Below, in pieces: positions 1-12,400 of a stretch of 64,000 nucleotides of DNA; the first letter of the stretch is position 1; every line of letters begins with the position of its first letter. Below the pieces are notes generated by a model. That model was not told the DNA's origin, made no database searches, and worked only from the letters and a program-made list of their open reading frames with translations. The translations under genes were made by a program, and so were the position numbers. The DNA is from Vicinamibacteria bacterium. GTDB lineage: Bacteria > Acidobacteriota > Vicinamibacteria > Marinacidobacterales > Marinacidobacteraceae. Location: positions 3,360,001 to 3,424,000 of the forward strand of contig OY821641.1 in assembly GCA_963555995.3 (NCBI GenBank), read 5' to 3'.

Positions 1-470
1 CCTCCAGCCCCAGCGCGAACGAAACACGTCCCACCGCCGTCGAGGCCGTCACCCCCGTCGCCCGATACAGGTTCCGCGCCGGCTCCACCGCCGACGACGC
101 CACCAGCATCTGATACTCGCTCCCGCACACGCCCCCGTACACCCCCGTCCGGCTCCCCCGCAGACGCCCCGGCGGCAACCCCGCGTCTTCCAGCGCCGCC
201 CAGCTCACCTCCAGCAGCAAGCGCTGCTGCGGGTCCAGCAACTCCGCCTCCGACGGCGCGATCCGGAAAAACTCCGCGTCAAACCGGTCCAGCCCCTCCA
301 CATACGCCCCATACGGACGCGCCGACTCCGTCTCCGCATCCACGTAGAGCCCATCCGGACGGCCTCGCGTCACCGCGCACCCCCCCGAACGCAGCAGCTC
401 CCCGAATCCCCCCAGGTCCACGCCCCCCGGAAAACGGCACGCCATCCCCACCACCGCAACCCGATCCGCT
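1..470 (-). other. Module L: N-terminal part of KS
   Basis: RVAVVGMACRFPG...DPQQRLLLEVSW...[13 protein letters not shown], running off the window edge. Confidence 0.88.
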
Positions 471-3400
471 GCCGACGGACGCGCCACCACCCGCCGGACC
501 TCCGCCGACGGCCCGCCCCACCCCAACTCCCCCGCCAGGCGCCGCGCCAGACGCGTCGCGTCCGGGTGGTCGAACACCGCCGTGTTCGACATCGTCAACA
601 CCCCGCCCAACGCCCGGTTCACCCGGTTCCGCAACTCCACCGCCATCAGCGAGTCCATCCCCAACTCGAAGAAACCCGCGTCCGCGGGCGGCGACGACCG
701 CAGCCGCAGCACCGACGCCAGCTCCTCCCGCAGGAAGCCCACCAGCGCCGCCTCCCGCTCCGGCTCCGGCAGCCCCCGCAGGCGCTCCCCCAGGTCCCCG
801 CGCACCCCCCGCTCCTCCAACCCCTCCGCACGCACCAGCTCTTCCAGCAACGGCGGCGGCGACGACAGCGACGCCCAGTCCACCGACACCGCCACGCTCC
901 TCCCCACGTCCGCCCGCACCAGCCGCGTCAGCGCCTCCAACCCGCGCTCCGACGCCATCCACCCCTCCCCATACGCCGCGATCCGCTCCCCCTGCTCCTC
1001 CGCCTCCCCGACTCCCGGCCACGCCCCCCACGCGATCGCCTGGCCCGCCAAACCACGCGAGCGCCGGTGCGCCGCCAACTGGTCCAAAAACGCATCCGCC
1101 GCCGCGTCGTTCGCACGACCCGGAGCACCCAGCACCCCCGCCGCACCCGAAAACAGCACGAACAACTCCAGCTCCCGGTCCTCCGTCGCCCGGTGCAACC
1201 GCCACGCCCCCAGGACCTTCGGCCACAGCACCTCCTCGAAACGCCCCCAGTCCAGGTTCACCAGCGCCCCGTCCGACAGAACCCCCGCGCAGTGGATCAC
1301 CCCTCCCAGCGCCGGCAGCTCCTCCTCCACCCGCCCCAGCATCGCCGTCACCGCATCCCCGTCCGTCACGTCCGCTATCTCCACCCGAACCTCCACCCCC
1401 CGACCACGCAGGCTCTCCACCGCCGCTTCCGCCGCCGCATCCGGCGCCCGGCGACCGTTCAGCACCACCGCACCCGCACCCCGCTCGCCCAGCCAGCCCG
1501 CGACCGCCAGACCAATGCCCCCCAGGCCCCCCGTCACCAGGTAACTCCGGTCATTCCGCACCCGCGTCCCCGCCGACGCCGCCTCCGAACCCGCCGGAAG
1601 CCGTACCAGCCGCGGCACCCGCCGCTCGCCTCCCCGCAGCGCAACCCGTGGCTCCCCGTCCGGCCACACCAGCTCGTCCGCCAACCGCTCCGCCGTGAAC
1701 GGACCCCCCGGGTCCACGTCCACCAGCCGGACGTTCAGGTCCCGGTGCTCCAGCCCCGCCACCGCTCCCATGCCCCACAGCGACGCGCCCGACAGCCCGC
1801 CCGACGCCTCCCGGTCCACAACCTGCCCCCCCCGCGTCACCAGCCACAGACCCGAGGCCGGCGCCGTCCCCGCGTCCGACATCCCCTGCAACAGACCCAA
1901 TACCCCCGAACCCAACTCGCGCAGCCGCCGCTCCAACTCCTCCACCGTCGCCCCCGTCTCGTCGCCCCCGACTCCCGAAACGTCCACCACCCCACGCAAC
2001 CGCTCCTTCCCATCCATATCCCCGAAGAACGACTCCCACGCTTCCCGCTCCCCCCCCGCCGGTCCGCGCCGGACCTCCTGGCCCCGACGCGAAAGCTCCC
2101 CCGCCAACTCCGCAACCTCCGCCCCCTCGCCCGACAGCACGAACAGGCCCCGCTCCCCCGCAACCGCCGCCGGGCCCCGCGCCGCCAGCACCACCTGACC
2201 GCCCGCCTCGCCCACCAACGCAACCTCCCCATACCCCGACGCCAACAGCGCCCGCCCCCAATCCTCACGCCCCACCAGCGCGTAGTCCGACCGATATACG
2301 TCATCGAAACGCCACCAACCCGGCAGCAGTCCGAACGTCAGGTCCAGCCAACCCCGCCGCTCCGTCCCCTCCAGCAGCAACAACAACCCCGACGGCGCCA
2401 GCAACCGACGGCAGTGCGCCAGCGACTCCTCCAGGTCCCGCGTCGCGTGCAGCACGTTCGCCGCCACCAACACGTCGAAACCGTGCTCCCCGAACCCCTG
2501 CGCCAACGGGTCCCGCTCGATGTCCAGGACCCGATACCGCATCTCCGCGCCCGCATCCCCGAAACGCCGCTCCGCCGACGACAGGAAACCCGCCGACACG
2601 TCCGTGAACTCGTACTCCGTCCGACCCGACGGCAACGCCGCCAGCACCGCTCCCGTCGTCGCCCCCGTCCCCGCTCCCACCTCCAGGACCCGAAGGCGCC
2701 GGCCCTCCGGCAGACCCGCGACCGCCGCTCCCGCCGCCGCCCCCACCAGGCGGTTCAAAGCCCGCGCCCCCGGCGAACGCCAGTACAGCTCCGCCGCGCC
2801 CGCGCCCCCCTCCCCGAACAGCAACTCCACCGCGTCCGCACGCCCCCGCAACACCTCCGACAGCGATCCACCGCAGCGCGCCAGAACCTCACCCTCCACC
2901 GAATCCCCACCCGCCCCCGGCGCCGAAACCCCCGCCGGCAGCGGCTCCGCCGAGCCCACCGTCACCAGCCATTCCCCCGCAACGTCCCGCGCCAGCACAC
3001 CCCCCTCCTCCAGCAGCGCCAGCAACCGACCGAACAGCTTCCGGTGCTCCCCCGTCACTTTCAACCCACGACGCAACCCCTCCCCCGATACCCGGTCCCC
3101 CGACGACCGCTCCCAACCCAGCTCCTCGAGCGCCCGCAACGCATACCACCGCGACTCCCGCTCCAACGCCTCCCCACCCGAAGCCAGCGCCGACGCATCC
3201 ACACCCTCCGCCGACAAGTACCCATCCACCGAACCCACCGACGACGCAACCTCCGACGGACCCTCCAGGAACTCCGCCGAACGCAACCCCACCGGCGGCC
3301 CCGAACGCCACGCGACCTCATACAGCAGCTCGTCCACCCCCACCCCCAGCAGCGACGCACGGCTCGCCCGACGCAGCCGGAGACCCTCCACCCCTCCCAG

Positions 3401-6400
3401 CGCCTCCCCCGCCGGACCGTAGATCCCCAGGTCCACCTTCCGGTCCTCCCCCGTAGCGGACCCCGCGCCCTCCCGCAGCCGCGCCCGGCAGATCACCCGC
3501 TCCGGCAGCGGACCCCCCAGCCACAGCCGCTCCCAGCCCACCGGAAGGCGCGCCCCCTCCTCCCCCGACAGACCCGACACACCCGACAGCGCCTGGAAAC
3601 ACCCGTCCAGCAGCACCGGATGCGCCAGCAGACCCCCACCCGACAACTCCGCCGGCAGCGCAACCTCCCCCAGCGCCTCCCCCGCACCCGACCACAGACC
3701 CGAAAGGCCACGGAACGCCGGACCGAACGCAATCCCCGCCTCCGCCAGCCTCCCGTACACCCCCGCCGGATCCACCTCCACGAGCCCCGTCCGCACCCCC
3801 TCCAAGTCCAAACCCTCGGACGCCTCCGCAGCACCGGACCCCACCCGACCCGCCGCGTGCACCTCCCACTCCGAGCCCGAACCCCCACGGCTCACCACCT
3901 CGAAGCCGCCCTCCGACCCCAACACCACCTGCACCGTCCGGAACTCCCCCTCCGAAAACACCAACGGACGCTGGATCTCCACCTCCTCGAGCGCCCACGG
4001 AGAACCCGATCCCGTCTCCCGCAGCGCCTCCAGGACCTGCACCGCATAGAGCGCCCCCGGCGCCAACACCTCCCCGAACACCCGATGGTCCCCGAGCCAA
4101 CCCGGCGCGCTCCCCGACAACTCCGTCTCGAACGAGACCTCCCCGTCCCGCGCGTCCCGGCGCAGCCCCAGCAGCGCGTGCCCTCCCGCCCCACGACCGC
4201 GCGGCGCCTCCACCCAGTACCGCTCCCGCTGGAACGGATACGTCGGCAGCGATACCCGCCGGCGCTTCTCCCCGGTGAACAGACCCTCGAACGAAACGTC
4301 GAGCCCCGCCTCGTACGCCGCTCCCACCGCCCGAACCCAGCCCTCGCTCCCGCCTCCCGCCGGAACCGACACCACCCGCAGACCCCCGTCTCCCGGCCAC
4401 GCCGACGACGCCCGTTCGCCCAGCCCTCCCGACGGGCCAACCTCCACCAGCAGTCCCACTCCCAGACCCGACAGCGTCTCCAGCGCCCGCTCGAAGCGCA
4501 CCTCTCCTTCCGAACCCCAGGCGCCGGCCTCCGGAACCCCTTCCTCCAGCCGACCGCTCACGCCGCGCACCAGCGGCACCTCCGGCGGCGACGGCTTCCC
4601 CTTCCAACCGCGGCCCGTCGCCAGCCGCAGCCCCCCCTCCAGATCCACTACCCCCGACGCACGCGCCGCCGCCAACTCCCCCGCGCCGCAACCCCAGACC
4701 ACCCCCGGAACCACCCCCACGCTCGCCCACAGCGCCGTCAGCCCCGCCTGCAACGCATACCGCGCCGCCCCCTCCTCCTCCGGGCCCTCCCCTCCCAGCG
4801 CCGCCGCGCAGCGGTCCACCACCTCGCGGAACGCCGGCTCGATCCCATACAGCTCCCGCCCCACCGCGGACCACTCGCCACCCTCTCCCCCATAGAGGAA
4901 CGCGACCTTCCCGACCGACGACTCCCGACCCTCAACCCCCTCCGCCACCTGCCGTAGCCCCGCGCGCAGCGTGTCCTCGTCCCGGAACACCACCCCCGCT
5001 CGCCAACCGAAGTGGCTCCGGCCCACCCCCGCCGTCCACGCCACATCGGAAAGGCGCTCCGCCAGCGGCGACTCTTCCGTCAGGAAGCCCAGATAGCGGC
5101 CCGCCAACTCCGAAAGCGCCCCCGGCGTCCGACCCGACAGCGGCAGCACCCGGTGAGCCCGTTCGGCGTGGCGCGGTTCGTCCGACGCCGAGGGACGCTC
5201 CCCGTAGCCCTCCACGATGACGTGCGCGTTCGTCCCCGAATAGCCGAACGAGCTCACCCCCGCGCGCCGCGGGCGGTCCGCCACCGGCCAACCCGTCGCC
5301 TCCGACACCACCCGCACCGGAAGCTCCTCCCACGCGATCCGAGGGTTCGGACGCTCGAAGTGCAGGTGCCGCGGGATCTCCGCCGAACCCAGCGCCAGCA
5401 GCACCTTGATCAGACCCGCAACCCCCGCCGCCCCCTCCAGGTGACCCACGTTCGTCTTCACCGACCCCACCAGCAGCGGACGCTCCGGATCCCGGCCCTC
5501 CCCGTACGCCGCTCCCGCCGCCGCCACCTCCACCGGGTCCCCCAACTCCGTCCCCGTCCCGTGCGCCTCCAGGTAGTCCACCTCCCACGGCTCCAACCCC
5601 GCACGCAACAGCGCCTCCCCGATCACCCGCTCCTGCGCCGGTCCGTTCGGAACCGTCAAACCCGCGCTCGCCCCGTCCTGGTTCACCGCCGAGCCCAGCA
5701 ATACCCCCAGCACCCGGTCCCCGTCACGCTCCGCATCCGACAATCGCTTCAGCACCACCATCCCGCATCCCTCCCCCCGCACGTACCCGTCCGCCGACGC
5801 GTCGAACGTCTTGCAGCGCCCGTCCCCCGCCAGCATCCCACCGTCCGTGAACAGACCGGTCACCCCCGAAGTCAAGATCGCGTTCACCCCCCCCGCCAGC
5901 GCCAGGTCCGCCTCCCCCTGCAAAAGCCCCATCGCCGCCTGGTGCACCGCCACCAGCGACGACGAACACGCCGTGTCCACCGTGATCGCCGGGCCCGTGA
6001 GCCCCAGCGCGAACGAAACACGTCCCACCGCCGTCGAGGCCGTCACCCCCGTCGCCCGATACAGGTTCCGCGCCGGCTCCACCGCCGACGACGCCACCAG
6101 CATCTGATACTCGCTCCCGCACACGCCCCCATACACCCCCGTCCGGCTCCCCCGCAGACGCCCCGGCGCCAGACCCGCGTCCTCCAGCGCCGCCCAGCTC
6201 ACCTCCAGCAGCAAGCGCTGCTGCGGGTCCAGCAACTCCGCCTCCGACGGCGCGATCCGGAAAAACTCCGCGTCAAACCGGTCCAACCCCTCCACATACG
6301 CCCCATACGGACGCGCCGACTCCGTCTCCCCGTCCACGAACAGCCCGTCCGGACGCCCCCGCGTCACCGCGCACCCCCCCGAACGCAGCAACTCCCCGAA

Positions 6401-9400
6401 TCCTCCCAGGTCCGCACCCCCCGGAAAACGGCACGCCATCCCCACCACCGCAACCCGATCCGCTGCCGACGGACGCGCCACCACCCGCGGGACCCCCGAC
6501 ACGGGCTCGCCCCACCCCAACTCTCCCGCCAGGCGCCGCGCCAGACGCGTCGCGTCCGGGTGGTCGAACACCGCCGTGTTCGACATCGTCAACACTCCAC
6601 CCAACGCCCGGTTCACCCGGTTCCGCAACTCCACCGCCATCAGCGAGTCCATCCCCAGCTCGAAGAACCCCGCGTCCGCGGGCGGCAACGACCGCAGCCG
6701 CAGCACCGACGCCAGCTCCTCCCGCAGGAAGCCCACCAGCGCCGCCTCCCGCTCCGGCTCCGGCAGCCCCCGCAGGCGCTCCCCCAGGTCCCCGCGCACC
6801 CCACGCTCCTCCACCGCCTCCGCACGCACCAGCTCCTCCAGCAACGGCGGCGGCGACGACAGCGACGTCCAGTCCACCGACGCCGCAACGCTCCTCCCCA
6901 CGTCCGCCCGCACCAGCCGCGTCAGCGCCTCCAGCCCGCGCTCCGGCGCCATCCACCCCTCCCCATACGCCGCGACCCGGCCCGCGATCCGCTCCCGCTG
7001 CTCCTCCGCCTCCCCCACGCCCGACCACGCCCCCCACGCGATCGCCTGGCCCGCCAAACCACGCGAGCGCCGGTGCGCCGCCAACTGGTCCAGGAACGCA
7101 TTCGCCGCCGCGTGGTTCGCCTGACCCGCGCTCCCGAACACCCCCGCCGCGCTCGAAAACAGCACGAACAACTCCAGCTCCCGGTCCTCCGTCGCCCGGT
7201 GCAGCCGCCACGCCCCCAGGACCTTCGGCCACAGCACCTCCTCGAAGCGTCCCCAGTCCAGGTTCACCAGCGCCCCGTCCGACAGCACCCCCACGCAGTG
7301 CAGCACCCCTCCCAGCGGCGGCAGCTCCTCCTCCACCCGCCCCAGCATCGCCGCCACCGCAGCCCCGTCCGTCACGTCCGCAATCTCCACCCGAACCTCC
7401 ACCCCCCGACCCCGCAGGCTCTCCACCGCCGCTTCCGCCGCCGCGTCCGGCGCCCGGCGACCGTTCAGCACCACCGCACCCGCACCCCGGTCACCCAGCC
7501 ACCCGGCGACCGCCAGACCAACGCCCCCCAGGCCCCCCGTCACCAGGTAACTCCGGTCTCCACGCAAACGCCCCCCCGCCAACGCCGACGGCAGCAGCAC
7601 GTTCTTCCCCACGTGACGCGCCTCCCGCATCGTCTCCAACGCCCCTCCCGCTTCCAGCAGCGGCCACCGGCCGAACGGAAGCGGCTCCAGCTCTCCCGAA
7701 CCCAGGCGGCCCACCACGTCCCGCAACACCGAACCCAAACGCCCCGGGTCCTCTCGACCCAAACGGTCCACCCCCAAGACCCAATACCGCACCTCCGGCC
7801 GCAGCTCCGCAACCTCCGCCGCACTCCAGATCCCACGCTTCCCCAACTCCACGAAACAACCCCCCTCCCGCAAACACCCCAGCCCCGCCTCCACGAACCC
7901 CGCTCCCGTCAGGCTGTTCAGAACCAGGTCCACCCCCTCACCCCCCGTCGCCGCCAGCACCCCCTCTCCGAATCCAACGTCCCGGCTGTCGAACACCCAG
8001 CGAACACCCAGCGAACGCAGGTACTCCTGCTTCGGCGCGCTCGCCGTCGAATACACCTCATGCCCCGCCGCCCGCGCCAGCCGGATCGCCGCCTGGCCCA
8101 CGCCCCCCGTCCCCGCGTGGATCAATACCCGAGAACCCGACCGCAAACCCGCGAACCGATACGCCAACTCCGCCGTCACGTACGCCACCGGCACCGTCGC
8201 CAGCTCCCCCGCCGTATGCCCCGCCGGCGCCAACGCCAACAACTCCGCCCGCGTCACCACCTCCGGTCCGAACGCGCCCGCCGCGAACCCCAGCACCCGC
8301 TCCCCGACCGACAAACCCGAAACCCCCGACCCCAACTCCACGACCCGACCGCACACCTCTCCGCCCAGCAGAAGCTCCTCCTCCAGAAGCCCCATCCCGA
8401 GCATCACGTCCAGGAAGTTCACCCCCGCCGCCTCCACCGCAACCCGGACCTCCCCCGCTCCCAGAGGAACCTCCGGAACCGACTCCGCCCGCAGCCCCGA
8501 CAACGATCCATCCGCATCCGGCGACAACCGCCAGCCGCCAGCCTCCGGCAACTCCACTCCCGGTCCCGAGCGCACCAGCCGGGGCACCAGCCGCCCGCCT
8601 CCCCGCAACGCAACCCGCGGCTCCCCGTCCGGCCACACCAACTCGTCCGCCAACCGCTCCGCCGTGAACGGACCCCCCGGGTCCACGTCCACCAGCCGGA
8701 CGTTCAGGTCCCGGTGCTCCAGGCCCGCCACCGCACCAAGACCCCACAGCGACGCACCCGACAGCGCGCCCCCCCGCTCCCCGCCCAACACCTGCCCCCC
8801 CCGCGTCACCAGCCACAGACCCGAGGCCGGCGCCGTCCCCGCGTCCGACATCCCCTGCAACAGACTCAGGGCGCTCCCCCCGATCTCCTCCAACTCCAGC
8901 GAAAGCTCCGAAACCGTCGCCCCCGCACTGTCTCCCCGAACCGCCGCCAGGTGCGCCACCCCACGCAACGGAGCGTCTCCCGCGAGCGACGCGAAGAACC
9001 GGCGCCAACCCTCCCGGTCCGCCGACCCCGAGGGACCGAACGACACTTCCTGGCCCCGACGCGAAAGCTCCCCCGCCAACTCCGCCGCCACCGCCCCTTC
9101 CCCCGACACCACGAACAGGCCCCGCTCCCCCGCAACCGCCGCCGGGCCCCGCGCCGCCAGCACCACCTGACCGCCCGCCTCGCCCACCAACGCAACCTCC
9201 CCATACCCCGACGCCGACAGCGCCCGCCCCCAATCCTCACGCCCCACCAGCGCGTAGTCCGACCGATACCCGTCCGCGAAACGCCACCAACCCGGAAGCA
9301 GTCCGAACGTCAGGTCCAGCCAACCCCGCCGCTCCGTCCCCTCCAGCAGCAACAACAACCCCGACGGCGCCAGCAACCGACGGCAGTGCGCCAGCGACTC

Positions 9401-12400
9401 CTCCAGGTCCCGCGTCGCGTGCAGCACGTTCGCCGCCACCACCACGTCGAAACCGTGCTCCCCGAACCCCTGCGCCAACGGGTCCCGCTCGATGTCCAGG
9501 ACCCGATACCGCACCTCCGCGCCCGCATCCCCGAAACGCCGCTCCGCCGACGACAGGAAACCCGCCGACACGTCCGTGAACTCGTACTCCGTCCGACCCG
9601 ACGGCAACGCCGCCAGCACCGCTCCCGTCGTCGCCCCCGTCCCCGCTCCCACCTCCAGGACCCGAAGGCGCCGGCCCTCCGGCAGACCCGCGACCGCCGC
9701 TCCCGCCGCCGCCCCCACCAGGCGGTTCAAAGCCCGCGCCCCCGGCGAACGCCAGTACAGCTCCGCCGCGCCCGCGCCCCCCTCCCCGAACAGCAACTCC
9801 ACCGCGTCCGCACGCCCCCGCAACACCTCCGACAGCGATCCACCGCAGCGCGCCAGAACCTCACCCTCCACCGAATCCCCACCCGCCCCCGGCGCCGAAA
9901 CCCCCGCCGGCAGCGGCTCCGCCGAGCCCACCGTCACCAGCCATTCCCCCGCAACGTCCCGCGCCAGCACACCCCCCTCCTCCAGCAGCGCCAGCAACCG
10001 ACCGAACAGCTTCCGGTGCTCCCCCGTCACTTTCAACCCACGACGCAACCCCTCCTCCGATACCCGGTCGCCCGATGACCGCTCCCAACCCAACTCCTCG
10101 AGCGCCCGCAGCGCATACCAGCGCGACTCCCGCTCCAGCGCCTCCCCCGCCGAAGCCAGCGCCCCCGCCTCCAACCCCTCCGCCGACAAGTACGCATCCA
10201 CCGAACCCACCGACGACGCCACCTGGGACGGTTCCACGAGGAACTCCGCCGAACGCAACCCCACCGGCGGCCCCGAGCGCCAATCCACCTCATACAGCAA
10301 CTCCCCGACCCCCACCCCCAGGACCGCCGAGCGGCCCGCCCGCTTCAACGTCAAACCCGATACCCCGCCCAACGCCTCCCCTCCCAAGCCATACAGCGCC
10401 AGGTCCCCCTTCCTCACCTCACCCGAGCCCCTCCCCTCACGCAGCCGCGCGTGGCACACCAGCCGTCCCGGAAGACGACCCCAAATCCACAGCCGCTCCC
10501 AGCCCCACGGTAGCCACACCTCCTCCCCCTCCAGGTCCCCCCACGCCCCCGACAGAACCTGGAAACACCCGTCCAGCAGCACCGGGTGCGCCAGCAGGCC
10601 CCCGCCCGACAACTCCACCGGCAGCGCCACCTCTCCCAGCGCCGCGCCCTCCCCCCGCCACAGCGCCCCCAGCGTCCGGAACGCCGGCCCGTAGGCGATC
10701 CCCACCGACGCCAGCCGACCATACAGCTCCGGGACCGCAGCCGGGCTCAACTCCCCGCGCAGCGCAGCGAGGTCCACCGCCTCCCCAACGCCGCCGCCGC
10801 CGGCCTCCCAGCGCCCCTCCGCGTGCAGCTCCCACGCCTCCCCAACGCTTCCCGCCCGGCTCGCCACCTCGAAGCCATCGTCACGTCCCGAAACCACCTG
10901 CACCGTCCGCGACGCGTCGCCCCGGAACACCAGCGGACGGCGGAACTGCACCTCCGGCAGCGCCACCCCGCCCGACTCCCCGTCATCCCTCCCCCGCTCC
11001 CCGAACGCCTCCAGCGCCTGCGACGCATACAGCGCTCCCGGCGCGAGCGCCTCCCCATACACCCGGTGCTCCCCCAGCCAGACCGGATCGCCCGCGCCCA
11101 TCTCCCGCTCCCACGAAACCTCGCCCCCGCGGGAGTCCCGCCGCTCCCCCAGCAGCGGGTGCACCGCCGACCGCCGCGCCTTCGCCCCCTCCACCCAGTA
11201 CCGCTCCCGCTGGAACGGATACGTCGGCAGCGATACCCGCCGGCGCGTCTCCCCGGGGAACAGACCCTCGAACGAAACGTCGAGCCCCGCCTCGTACGCC
11301 TCTCCCACCGCCCGAACCCAGCCCTCGCTCCCGCCTCCCGACGGAACCGACACCACCCGCAGACCCCCGTCCCCCGGCCACGCCGACGACGCCCGCTCGC
11401 CCAGCCCTCCCGACGGGCCAACCTCCACCAGCAGTCCCACTCCCAGACCCGACAGCGTCTCCAGCGCTCGCTCGAAGCGCACCTCTCCTTCCGTACCCCA
11501 GACGCCCGCCTCCGGCACTCCTTCCTCCACACGGCCGCTCGCGCCACGCACCAGCGGCACTTCCGGCGGCGACAGCGCCCCCTCGAATACACGACCCAGC
11601 GCCAGCCGCAGCCCGCCCTCCAGATCCAGCCCCCCCGACGCACACGCCGCCGCCAACTCCCCCGCTCCGCAACCCCAGACCACCCCCGGAACCACCCCCA
11701 CGCTCGCCCACAGCGCCGTCAGGCCCGCCTGCAGCGCATACCGCGCCGCCGCCGCCAACTCCGTGTCCTCCTCCGCCCCGGGCCAGGTCGCCGGCGGCAT
11801 GTACCCGTCCCCCAGCGCCGCTGTGCAGCGGTCCACCACCTCGCGGAACGCCGGCTCGCTCCCGTACAGCTCCCGCCCCAGACCCGACCACCCGCCGCTC
11901 TCTCCCCCGTAGAGGAACGCGACCTTCCCCGCCGACGACTCCCGACCCACGTCTCCCTCCGCCACCTGCCGCAGCCCCGCGCGCAGCGTGCCCTCGTCCC
12001 GGAACACCACCCCCGCGCGCCAACCGAAGTGGCTCCGCCCCACCCCCGCCGTCCACGCCGCGTCCGACAGCGACGCGTCCTCGCCCAACCACTCCCCATA
12101 CCGGCCCGCCAACTCCCGCAGCGCCCGCGCACTCCTCCCCGACAGCGGCAGCAGCCGCACCTCCCGCTCCCGGAGCGCCGGCGCCTCCGCCGGCGCCGCA
12201 ACCGCCGTCGCTTCCCCGGCCGGAGGCCGGAACTCTTCCACGATGACGTGCGCGTTCGTCCCCGAATAGCCGAACGAGCTCACCCCCGCTCGCCGCGGGC
12301 GGTCCGTCGCCGGCCAACCCGTCGCCTCCGACACCACCCGCACCGGCAACTCCGCCCACGGGATCCGCGGGTTCGGACGCTCGAAGTGCAGGTGCCGCGG

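Larger units (their letters stand above)
530..6465 (-). other. Module K: KS-AT0-DH-cMT-KR0-ACP
   Basis: Manual translation: KS triad intact; AT WGCGAGEL; DH DHRVFGEVLAP; MT NVLHAT; no ER; KR catalytic region reads FSGAAGVLGAPGRANDAAAD (about 1095-1155). Confidence 0.87.
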
